Part shown: positions 1 through 7,652 of the stretch, one piece after another
Layout of the letters: the number at the start of each line of letters is the position of its first letter
Numbering within the stretch: position 1 is the stretch's first letter
Source of the DNA: an uncultured Ruminococcus sp.
GTDB lineage: Bacteria; Bacillota; Clostridia; Oscillospirales; CAG-272
Direction of reading: 5' to 3'
Assembly (NCBI GenBank): GCA_902779285.1
Contig: CACZAZ010000003.1
Location: forward strand, 10,014 to 74,013
DNA length: 64,000 bases
The notes under the pieces: generated by a model
The model's database searches: none
The model's input: the letters and a program-made list of their open reading frames with translations, nothing else
What the model was told of the DNA's origin: nothing
Position numbers and translations under genes: made by a program

Positions 1-1
1 T

Positions 2-301
2 GGGAAAATTGACAAAAAAGAATTGATTTACGAAACGCATCCCGATCCGGAAATTCGAGCGGCAATGGTCCAGAAAGGATACGTAAAGGGACACGACGTC
101 AAGGATCCTGCGGTTAAGACGCTGAACGCGATGGTGGCAACGATAGCGACTGACGTTCTGATTAACCAGTATACGGAAAGGCAAAAAGATCAGTTCGTCA
201 TCATCTACGAAAACAACGAAGCGCAGACAATCTACGAAGATGAAGACTGCATAAAGAAACGCGAGTCTGAATGTCACGTTTGCGGAGGAAAGAATGGATA
301 G
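2..301 (+). CDS. 3' fragment of a gene entering from the left edge; tentatively the C-terminus of an E1/ThiF-like adenylyltransferase
   Basis: The frame is open back to position 2, and the track ORF start at 23 is an internal TTG. The helix NAMVATIATDVLINQY plus the terminal C-x2-C (ECHVCGG) resemble the C-terminal part of ThiF/MoeB/E1 enzymes. Its stop overlaps the next start (ATGGATAG). Confidence 0.35.
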   Translation, partial: GKIDKKELIYETHPDPEIRAAMVQKGYVKGHDVKDPAVKTLNAMVATIATDVLINQYTERQKDQFVIIYENNEAQTIYEDEDCIKKRESECHVCGGKNG

Positions 302-899
302 AAGAGTCGTGTTTGAACTACCCGATTATTCGATAGAACAGATCAAAAGAGATTATCATCTGTATAGCCTGTGCATTGACGATACCGCGCAGATCGAGAA
401 CATTGCGATCACCATCCAATCAATATACCTGTATCACAACGTTCTTATGGGTTTGCCGAAGTGGCCGCGGTCTATGGAGGCAAGCTTGTGCCGAACGATG
501 CTGATTATGAGTTATTCCGTCCTTGAGGGGATCGTTGTAAGTACGGGTTACAAAATACAGGATAGATGCCGTAGCTGCCCTCACAAGTGCGGCTCTTATT
601 GCGATTCAATGTTTCAAGGAGATCGTAAAAAGAACGAAAAGGATGCTTTCTTCAATGCGGACGGTTTCTTGAAAAATGCCGAAATTCTTGCGATGGATGC
701 TTCTGCAAGCAAGTATTACAAGACGTTCAGGGATAGCAGAAACAACGTTCACCTTGCAAGAAACGCAAGAATAATAACCGAAGATCCTATGTACTCGATT
801 TCGGAGTGTGCTTTTGCGGTAAAATTGTTGCAGAAGATGATCGACGTGATATATCACAACTACTTGGCGTTTTGCGAAAGAAACAACTGTGAGAGGTAG
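294..899 (+). CDS. hypothetical, mostly helical protein with a HEPN-like motif (FRDSRNNVHLARN) and a Cys-rich middle (CRSCPHKCGSYC)
   Basis: 201-aa ORF overlapping the upstream gene by 8 nt, which suggests translational coupling. The region is AT-rich. The motif reads R-x6-H or RNNVH, which is not the canonical R-x4-H spacing. Confidence 0.5.
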   Translation: MDRRVVFELPDYSIEQIKRDYHLYSLCIDDTAQIENIAITIQSIYLYHNVLMGLPKWPRSMEASLCRTMLIMSYSVLEGIVVSTGYKIQDRCRSCPHKCGSYCDSMFQGDRKKNEKDAFFNADGFLKNAEILAMDASASKYYKTFRDSRNNVHLARNARIITEDPMYSISECAFAVKLLQKMIDVIYHNYLAFCERNNCER

Positions 900-904
900 A
901 GCGT

Positions 905-1474
905 ATGAAGCAAATTGACATTCGGGATTTCTTTCGAGAAAGAAGCGAAGGGGTCGCATCCGGCGGTAGTCCGGCATCCGTAAAGGAACCCGTCTCCAGC
1001 GGTAAATCGTCATTCGGCAGCAGCCCCGTCAAGTACAAAAACGAAGCGGGGAAAAAGGAAAAAAACGACCGACCGCGCGTTTCGCGAGGAGGAAGCAGAT
1101 CCGGGTTTTCCTCTGTTGAAGCCGAAATGATCTCCGACTACATTTCCGCCTCAACTTTTTCATCTAAGGATGTAACTATAGATAGAATTATTGATATCTA
1201 TACTGAGATAGACGGTATACTTGAAATAATTGATGAGTGTTTCGGAGATTTCTTGCAAACGAAAAAGGAGAAAATGGGCTTCTTTGGTAGATTAACGGAT
1301 TCTAACAAAAAAAGAGAGAAATGGTATCTCCAGGCAGCGAGAATGCCGCTAGTCAAAAACTGCAATCGCAGATTGAACGAGCTTATAAGGAATTTGCGGA
1401 AGTTGGGAGACGAGGACGGGTATTCGTATGTTTGGGAACAACTGAACGACCTGTCTACGCAATTCTACGATTGA
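905..1474 (+). CDS. hypothetical protein with a Ser/Gly/Lys/Arg-rich, probably disordered N-half and a helical C-half
   Basis: 189-aa ORF with GAGAGG 8 nt upstream of the ATG, starting 5 nt after the previous stop. I recognise no family. Confidence 0.5.
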   Translation: MKQIDIRDFFRERSEGVASGGSPASVKEPVSSGKSSFGSSPVKYKNEAGKKEKNDRPRVSRGGSRSGFSSVEAEMISDYISASTFSSKDVTIDRIIDIYTEIDGILEIIDECFGDFLQTKKEKMGFFGRLTDSNKKREKWYLQAARMPLVKNCNRRLNELIRNLRKLGDEDGYSYVWEQLNDLSTQFYD

Positions 1475-1645
1475 CGCTCTTTGCGGACGGCGCTCCTGTC
1501 CTTGCCGGAAAACGTCGTTTTCGCGGGGAGACGGGAGCCCTTTGATTTGCCGCGCTCCGCGGTTTCCGGTTGCAGGCGTCTTGATCGCAGCGCGAGAATA
1601 CAGAAAGGAATTGACGCGGTCGACGCCGCGTCACACAAGGACGAA

Positions 1646-2773
1646 ATGGGATTTTATCTTCCGGACCGTGGGGAGGCGTACAAACAGCATTTGAATCTTT
1701 CCGATTCCGCGTGGCTCGTCGTTGAAGACGACATCAACGTTTTCGGAAACGGTGCAAGACACAACCTCAGCGGCTTTCTCAACCAGGTCATTCTGTTCTT
1801 TCATCATGACGCGGACGCATCGATCGGTGAAAGAGTGGAGAACCGCAGGGAGGAACTGCGTGCAGTTTTTTCGTCGAAAGAGTTCAAAAAAACAGATCCC
1901 GCCGTCACCGAAAAGTATATCAACGCTCTCATCTCCGCATATAAAAAAGAATTAATAGAAAAAGTGCGGTCCTACCCCAAAGGAATGGGACGGAAGTTCT
2001 ACCTGCGCGAAGACGTCAAGGAAGCGCTGAGTGACTCTGAGGAGAGCGAATACTATGAGAACGAGTCGGGACTCGGGCTCGGCGTATATCTGAAGGCGCT
2101 TCTGGAAGAGTACGCGTCAAAGCCGACGTTCGAGAGGGAACAGATCTATTTCAAGAGCGCCGTCGATAAGATCAAGTTGGCGATGGCGGAAAAAAAGAAA
2201 TTGAAAATCGCGCTGATCCCCAGACTGGATCCGGGCACCAACACGTCGTACACGACGAAGTGCTATTTCTCTCCCTACAAGATCGTGCAGGACAAGACCC
2301 GGTCGTACAACTACCTGATCGGATACTCGGAGATCATCAACGAGGACGGAACGACGCAGAAACCCGTTGCCGCCTCTCTGCGGCTCTCCCGCATCGGTCT
2401 CGATCGCGTTTCGGTCATGTCGAGCAAAACCAAGTACCTGAACGCCGAGGAGCGCAACGAACTGGAGGAAATGCTGCGCGAAAAAGACGTGCAATTCCTG
2501 GTGGGAGACGTGCAGACCTTCAAAGTGCGGTTTACCGAGAAAGGGCTTGAATCCTTCAACCGACTCCTCTATTTGCGCCCGAGAACGTATGAGGAAGTAC
2601 CGGACGAGCCCCTGACGTATCGGTTTCGCTGTACGGAGATGCAGTTGATCAGTTATTTCTTCAAGTTCGGGCGGGACGCTGAGATTCTTGACCCGGCGGA
2701 AACCAGGGAAAAGTTCATCAGAAAATATCGCGAATCATACCGGCTCTATTGCCCCGTCGAAGAAGCAAATTGA
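1646..2773 (+). CDS. WYL-domain protein with a WCX-like C-terminal extension and no recognisable N-terminal HTH
   Basis: The WYL core is CYFSPYKIVQDKTRSYNYLIGYSE, and the C-terminal tail YRFRCTEMQLISYFFKFGRDAEILDPAETREKF is typical of WYL regulators. I chose the ATG at 1646 (AAGGA 5 nt upstream) rather than the TTG at 1481. Confidence 0.6.
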   Translation: MGFYLPDRGEAYKQHLNLSDSAWLVVEDDINVFGNGARHNLSGFLNQVILFFHHDADASIGERVENRREELRAVFSSKEFKKTDPAVTEKYINALISAYKKELIEKVRSYPKGMGRKFYLREDVKEALSDSEESEYYENESGLGLGVYLKALLEEYASKPTFEREQIYFKSAVDKIKLAMAEKKKLKIALIPRLDPGTNTSYTTKCYFSPYKIVQDKTRSYNYLIGYSEIINEDGTTQKPVAASLRLSRIGLDRVSVMSSKTKYLNAEERNELEEMLREKDVQFLVGDVQTFKVRFTEKGLESFNRLLYLRPRTYEEVPDEPLTYRFRCTEMQLISYFFKFGRDAEILDPAETREKFIRKYRESYRLYCPVEEAN

Positions 2774-2859
2774 CCCGAAGCAGGAACAGAATAATAGTCC
2801 AAACCTCGCTTTCTCCCTTTTTCGAAACCTGAAAAACTTTTGTTTTCTCACAAGCCAAT

Positions 2860-2902
2860 TCTCGCCCAACGCAGAATGCGTTGGGCGAGAATATTTGTTT
2901 TT
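2860..2902 (+). terminator. rho-independent terminator after the WYL gene
   Basis: A perfect 13-bp stem, tctcgcccaacgc/gcgttgggcgaga, with a 5-nt loop, followed by atatttgttttt. Confidence 0.7.
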
Positions 2903-2924
2903 GGATTATCGGGGAACCGAGTTT

Positions 2925-3182
2925 TCAACGTTTGACTTTTCTTAGAAGATCCTGCAAAAAGTTCTCCGCCATAAAGACGCTGTTCCCGCAATAGACCGCT
3001 TTCCAGAACGGCATAACGGAATCGTGAGCCGCCAGGTTTCTCAGGTTGAACGCGATATTCCCGAGTTTGTTTTTCAGTTTGAACAGATACTCTTTTATGC
3101 TTTCGATCCGCGTCTGGTGCGGGAAGGCGTTTTCCTTGAACGTTTCGTTCATATACGCAAGGCGAAAACGGAGTGCTGTCAT
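2925..3182 (-). CDS. small ORF with a canonical HEPN R-x4-H motif (NLRNLAAHD); possibly a gene remnant
   Basis: 85-aa ORF with no Shine-Dalgarno sequence before the ATG. It lies directly downstream of the tRNA-Lys terminator. It is shorter than a typical HEPN domain. Confidence 0.3.
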   Translation of the reverse strand: MTALRFRLAYMNETFKENAFPHQTRIESIKEYLFKLKNKLGNIAFNLRNLAAHDSVMPFWKAVYCGNSVFMAENFLQDLLRKVKR

Positions 3183-3212
3183 ATTAGTATGATAACGCCG
3201 AAGAAGTCCTTG

Positions 3213-3256
3213 CAGAAAAACAATACGAACCGAGTATCGTTTACCCGGTTCGTATT
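3213..3256 (-). terminator. terminator of tRNA-Lys
   Basis: An 11-bp perfect stem, aatacgaaccg/cggttcgtatt, followed on the minus strand by gtttttc. Confidence 0.65.
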
Positions 3257-3265
3257 ATTCTTGCT

Positions 3266-3341
3266 TGGTGCACCTCCAGGGACTCGAACCCTGGACCCAC
3301 TGATTAAGAGTCAGTTGCTCTACCAACTGAGCTAGAGGTGC
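3266..3341 (-). tRNA. tRNA-Lys (anticodon CTT)
   Basis: The reverse complement reads gcacctctagctcagttggtagagcaactgactCTTaatcagtgggtccagggttcgagtccctggaggtgcacca. It forms a cloverleaf with a TTCGAGT T-loop and an encoded CCA. Confidence 0.9.
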
Positions 3342-3362
3342 GTTTTTCGGACAGCGTATTGT

Positions 3363-3391
3363 ATTATATCCCATCTTTTTGCGTTTGTCAA
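3363..3391 (-). promoter_or_regulatory. sigma-70-type promoter for tRNA-Lys
   Basis: The minus strand reads TTGACA-N17-TATAAT (ttgacaaacgcaaaaagatgggatataat). Confidence 0.6.
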
Positions 3392-3446
3392 GGGGCAAAA
3401 ACGATTTTTATTCGTTTTTTGTTTTCACGCGCTTTCGCGGGAGCAC

Positions 3447-3475
3447 TTGACAGAGGGGGCGGGGTTTGTTATAAT
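3447..3475 (+). promoter_or_regulatory. sigma-70-type promoter for the suf genes
   Basis: TTGACA-N17-TATAAT (ttgacagagggggcggggtttgttataat), about 70 nt upstream of the sufC ATG. Confidence 0.6.
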
Positions 3476-3544
3476 CTTTTTTGGCGCGGATCGGTCCGAT
3501 AAAAGAGGGCGGGTCCGCAGACGACGACCGAAAGAGGTAAGCGA

Positions 3545-4279
3545 ATGCTGGAAATCAAAAACGTGTCGTTTTCCGTTTCCGAGAACGACGGGGACAAGGA
3601 GATCCTTCGGGACGTTTCCCTGACCGTTCCCGCAAGAAAACTGCTGGTCATCACGGGACCGAACGGCGGCGGGAAATCGACGCTCGCCAAACTGATCGCG
3701 GGGATCGAACGCCCGACGGCGGGATCGATCTTTTTCGACGGCGAAGATATCACGGATCTGAACATCACCGAGCGCGCGCGGGCGGGGATCGCCTTCGCGT
3801 TTCAGCATCCGGTGCGTTTCAAGGGGATCCGCGTCCTCGATCTTCTGCGGCTCGCGACGGGGAAGAACGCCTCGGTCGCGGAGGCGTGCGAGATGCTCTC
3901 GCAGGTCGGGCTGTGCGCGAAGGAGTATATCAACCGCGAGGTGAACGATTCGCTTTCGGGCGGGGAACTCAAACGCATCGAGATCGCGACGGTCATCGCG
4001 CGCGGCGCGAAGCTTTCGGTCTTCGACGAGCCCGAGGCGGGGATCGACCTCTGGAGTTTTCAGAATCTCATCAAGGTCTTCCGCAAAATGCGAAACGAGA
4101 TCCGCGACAGCTCGATCATCATCATTTCCCACCAGGAGCGCATCCTCAGGATCGCGGACGAGATCGTCGTTTTAAAAGACGGACGGGTCGACCGCCGGGG
4201 AACGCCGGACGAGCTGTTCCCGAACCTGTGCGACGCGGCGAGCGTTTCTGCGCCCTGCCGGATGGCGGAGGAGGACTGA
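3545..4279 (+). CDS. sufC: Fe-S cluster assembly ATPase, SufC-like
   Basis: Walker A GPNGGGKST, signature LSGGELKR, Walker B LSVFDEPEAGID. It is followed by a SufB/D-family gene. Confidence 0.8.
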   Translation: MLEIKNVSFSVSENDGDKEILRDVSLTVPARKLLVITGPNGGGKSTLAKLIAGIERPTAGSIFFDGEDITDLNITERARAGIAFAFQHPVRFKGIRVLDLLRLATGKNASVAEACEMLSQVGLCAKEYINREVNDSLSGGELKRIEIATVIARGAKLSVFDEPEAGIDLWSFQNLIKVFRKMRNEIRDSSIIIISHQERILRIADEIVVLKDGRVDRRGTPDELFPNLCDAASVSAPCRMAEED

Positions 4280-4280
4280 C

Positions 4281-5207
4281 ATGCCGGAATTGAATCAACT
4301 GCAGAAGAAGATCCTCGAAGAGGTCGCGGACCTGCACAAGGTGCCGGAGGGGGCGTACAACATCCGCTCGGACAGCAAATCGGTCGGGAGGCGTTCGACC
4401 GAGAACATCGAGATCGTCCCCAAGACCGACGTCAGCGGGCTGGATATCAGGATCCGTCCGGGGACAAAGAACGAGAGCGTGCATATCCCGGTCATCCTGA
4501 CCGAGAGCGGGCTCCGCGAGACCGTCTATAACGATTTCTATATCGGCGAGGGCGCCGACGTTCTGATCGTCGCGGGCTGCGGCATCGACAACTGCGGGAA
4601 TCAGGATTCCGAACACGACGGGATCCACCGCTTTTTCGTCGAGCGCGGCGCGTCGGTGCGCTACGTCGAAAAGCACTACGGACAGGGCGACGGGAGAGGA
4701 AAGCGCATCCTCAATCCCGTGACCGAGGTGACGCTTGCCGACGGCGCGTCGATGGAGATGGAGATGGTCCAGATCAAGGGGGTCGACGACACCGACCGCA
4801 GGACCGTCGCCAAACTCGGCGCGGGCGCGAAACTGGTCGTGCGCGAACGGCTGATGACCCACGGAGAGCAGAGAGCGCTCAGCACCTACGACGTCGAACT
4901 GAACGGCAAAGGCGCCACGGCAGACGTGGTGTCGCGCTCGGTCGCGAAGGACGATTCCCTCCAGCGTTTCGACGCCAAGATCACCGGCAACGCCGAGTGC
5001 CGCGGGCATACCGAGTGCGACTCGATCATCATGGACCGCGGGCGCATCCTCGCCGTCCCGGCGCTCGAAGCCAACGACGTCGACGCCGCGCTGGTCCACG
5101 AAGCCGCCATCGGCAAGATCGCCGGCGCGCAGTTGATCAAACTGATGACCCTCGGGCTGACCGAACGCGAAGCCGAGGAACAGATCGTCAACGGCTTCCT
5201 CAGCTGA
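4281..5207 (+). CDS. SufB/SufD-family Fe-S assembly protein
   Basis: The C-terminal motif HEAAIGKIAGAQLIKLMTLGLTEREAEEQIVNGFL is typical of the SufB/D beta-helix family. The start lies 1 nt after the sufC stop. Confidence 0.75.
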   Translation: MPELNQLQKKILEEVADLHKVPEGAYNIRSDSKSVGRRSTENIEIVPKTDVSGLDIRIRPGTKNESVHIPVILTESGLRETVYNDFYIGEGADVLIVAGCGIDNCGNQDSEHDGIHRFFVERGASVRYVEKHYGQGDGRGKRILNPVTEVTLADGASMEMEMVQIKGVDDTDRRTVAKLGAGAKLVVRERLMTHGEQRALSTYDVELNGKGATADVVSRSVAKDDSLQRFDAKITGNAECRGHTECDSIIMDRGRILAVPALEANDVDAALVHEAAIGKIAGAQLIKLMTLGLTEREAEEQIVNGFLS

Positions 5208-5214
5208 CCCTCAA

Positions 5215-5250
5215 AAAACACCCCCCCGGACGTTCCGGGGGGTTTTTGTT
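5215..5250 (+). terminator. rho-independent terminator after the suf genes
   Basis: cccccccgg acgtt ccgggggg, followed by tttttgttt. Confidence 0.7.
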
Positions 5251-5537
5251 TGGTTTATATGGTTTGCATAAAAGAAAATCGAAATATGCGTTCTGCACGA
5301 AAACCGAAGAAAAGACGTTCAAAAGCGGTTTCGGGGCGCGGAGCGGGAAACGCAAACGGCGGAACGCGACCGAAAACAAATAAATATTTACGAAAATCGC
5401 GGAATATACGAGATCTATTCCGAAACGTCCGTCTTTTTCCGATATCGCAAAAACGCGTTTTTTCGGTCGGAAAAGCCGAAGAAACAGAATTCGACAAACG
5501 CGCGTGCTATAATGAAGAAAAAAGGAGCAACAGGGAA

Positions 5538-5798
5538 ATGACGGCTACGGAAACGAAAACCAAAGAGATCGTAAGGCGGGACGAGGCAGCGCGCGAGGGC
5601 GTGTCCGCGGTCTATCGGCTGATCCGGGACGGCGCCGGCTTCACCGTTTCGGTCGAGTGCAGGGGACAGAGCGAGGAGGTCTCCGCTTTTCCCGGCGGGG
5701 AAGCGGACGCGCGGCGGCTTTACGCCATCGCCGTAAAAGAGTTCGTTCTGCCGGGAACGCTCGCGGACGTCTGGCGCGATCTGCACACGATGGGATAA
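5538..5798 (+). CDS. small hypothetical protein (86 aa)
   Basis: The ATG is preceded by AAAGGAG, with an extended -10 (tgcTATAAT) upstream. The rest of track ORF 5250..5798 is AT-rich leader. Confidence 0.5.
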   Translation: MTATETKTKEIVRRDEAAREGVSAVYRLIRDGAGFTVSVECRGQSEEVSAFPGGEADARRLYAIAVKEFVLPGTLADVWRDLHTMG

Positions 5799-5800
5799 GG

Positions 5801-6379
5801 TCAGGCGAATCGAGAGAGGAACTCGTCGCGGGAGAACAGGATATTCAGCGCGTCGAGCAGGGCGTTGGCGGGCAGATCCCCCGGCAGCCCGAGCGACTCC
5901 GCCAGTTCCGCGCGGCGTTTTTCGGCGCCCGCCTTGCCGGAGAGCCCCAGCGTAAAGAGATCGGTTTTCGTGATGGGCTCGGACGCGGGGCGCTCGGGCG
6001 CGTCGGACAGGAAGGGCGCGAAGACGCTCCGCAAAACGTCGGGCGACATCCCCTCCACCCCGAGCAGCCCCGCCTTGCCGGGTTTGCTCTTGCGCTTTTC
6101 TTTGCCCGGGATCTGCGGGATATAGAGGTGGATCACCTTATCGGGGGGCAGGACGCCCGACAAAAACGAACGGATCTGCCGCCCGCCTCCGTCGCTGTCG
6201 GTGAGCAGGATCAACGGGCTCTTTTCGGCAAGCCGCAGAAGCAGCGCCCGCGTCCCCTCGCTGTTGAATACCGAAAAGCCCCCCGTCGAAAAGACCGGGG
6301 TATCGAAGACAGCGGAGAGGGCGATCTTGTCGTACTTTCCCTCGACGATCACGGGGTAGCGCACCCGCAGTTTATCCAT
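5801..6379 (-). CDS. Toprim-domain protein (RNase M5-like / DUF4093-like)
   Basis: VIVEGKYD plus LLTDSDGGGRQIR, which are Toprim E and DxD motifs. I chose the start at MDKLRV, with GGGAGG upstream. Confidence 0.6.
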   Translation of the reverse strand: MDKLRVRYPVIVEGKYDKIALSAVFDTPVFSTGGFSVFNSEGTRALLLRLAEKSPLILLTDSDGGGRQIRSFLSGVLPPDKVIHLYIPQIPGKEKRKSKPGKAGLLGVEGMSPDVLRSVFAPFLSDAPERPASEPITKTDLFTLGLSGKAGAEKRRAELAESLGLPGDLPANALLDALNILFSRDEFLSRFA

Positions 6380-7040
6380 TTCGCGCCTCCCGGTTCCGCC
6401 TCTCGCAAAGACCCTTCGCGGCAAGCGGACAGGACGGGCAAGCGGGGCTCTGCGCGCGGCAGACCTCCCGCCCGAACCAAACGATCCGGTGACAGAAGGC
6501 GGAGCCCTCTTTTTTATCCATCAATCCCAGCAAGATCTTTTCGATTTTGTAGGCATTTTTCTCTTTTTCGGGGTAAAATCCCAGCCGCCCGCAGATGCGG
6601 ATGCAATGCGTGTCGGTGACGAATCCGCCCTGCCCGAACACGTCCCCGAGCATCAGATTGGCGATCTTGCGCCCCACGCCGGGCAGCCGGAGCAGGTCGT
6701 CCATATCGTCGGGGACCCGCCCGCCGAACTCGTCGAGCAGCATCTTCGACAGGTTGATAAGATCCTCGGCTTTCCTGTGATAGAGCCCGCAGGACTTGAC
6801 GTAGTTCTCGACCTCGGAAACGTCTGCGTTCGCCATGGCGGTACAGTCGGGGAAACGGGAAAACAGCGGACCCGCCGTCAGATTGACCCGCGCGTCGGTG
6901 CATTGCGCAGAGAGCCGCGCCATCACCAGCAGCCGCCAGGGGTCGTCCCCGCCCCAGAGCAGGGCGCACTCGTCGGGGTACAGGTCTTTCAAGGCGGCGT
7001 TGACCGCGGCGATCCGTTCCCGTTTTTCGGTCTTGTTCAC
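6372..7040 (-). CDS. nth: endonuclease III
   Basis: HhH-GPD motif LPGVGRKIANLMLG and a C-terminal 4-Cys cluster (CRAQSPACPSCPLAAKGLC). GTG start with AAAGGAG upstream. Confidence 0.85.
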   Translation of the reverse strand: MNKTEKRERIAAVNAALKDLYPDECALLWGGDDPWRLLVMARLSAQCTDARVNLTAGPLFSRFPDCTAMANADVSEVENYVKSCGLYHRKAEDLINLSKMLLDEFGGRVPDDMDDLLRLPGVGRKIANLMLGDVFGQGGFVTDTHCIRICGRLGFYPEKEKNAYKIEKILLGLMDKKEGSAFCHRIVWFGREVCRAQSPACPSCPLAAKGLCERRNREARNG

Positions 7041-7636
7041 GGCGTCTCCTTTCCCGGGTCGTACCCGGCTTCGCGGAGCAGTTTCGCAAGCAGTTTGCGG
7101 GGCAGCCCGATCACGTTGTCCACCTCGCCGTCGACCTTTTGAACGAAGCGGACGGCGCCCGCCTGGATGCCGTAGGAGCCGGCTTTGTCCATCGGCTCGC
7201 CCGACGCGACGTATTCCGCGATCTCCTCTTGCGAGAGGGGGCGGAAGGTGACGGCGGTGGTCTCCACGTCCGAAAAGAGTTTTCCCCGGGCGGCGACGGC
7301 TACCCCGGTCACGACGCGGTGCGTTTCCCCGGAGAGGGCGGTCAGCATCGCCCGGGCGTCGGCTTCGTCCTTCGGCTTTCCGAGCGGGACTCCGTTCAGT
7401 TCGACCAGCGTATCCGCCCCGATAACGAACACGGGGGCGGTTTCGCTTTTTTCAGGCGGGAGCGACGATTCGACCGCCTTCGCTTTCCGCTCGGCAAGGA
7501 TCTTGACGCCCTCCGCGGGGGGAATATCGGGGGGCAGCGTCTCGTCCGCTTCGCTCACCAGGATCCGGAAGGAATATCCGGCGTCGGTCATCAGTTCGCG
7601 GCGGCGCGGGGATTTGGACGCGAGGATCAGTTCCAT
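7037..7636 (-). CDS. maf: Maf-family nucleoside triphosphate pyrophosphatase
   Basis: MELILASKSPRRRELM... and GKPKDEADARAML... match across the full Maf length. Confidence 0.85.
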   Translation of the reverse strand: MELILASKSPRRRELMTDAGYSFRILVSEADETLPPDIPPAEGVKILAERKAKAVESSLPPEKSETAPVFVIGADTLVELNGVPLGKPKDEADARAMLTALSGETHRVVTGVAVAARGKLFSDVETTAVTFRPLSQEEIAEYVASGEPMDKAGSYGIQAGAVRFVQKVDGEVDNVIGLPRKLLAKLLREAGYDPGKETP

Positions 7637-7652
7637 GTTCGTTCGCCTTTCT

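Noticed and set aside
5250-5537. The N-terminal extension of track ORF 5250..5798.
   Set aside because: This part is AT-rich and Lys/Arg-rich low-complexity sequence that contains a promoter-like tgcTATAAT. A good SD plus ATG at 5538 gives a compact 86-aa protein.
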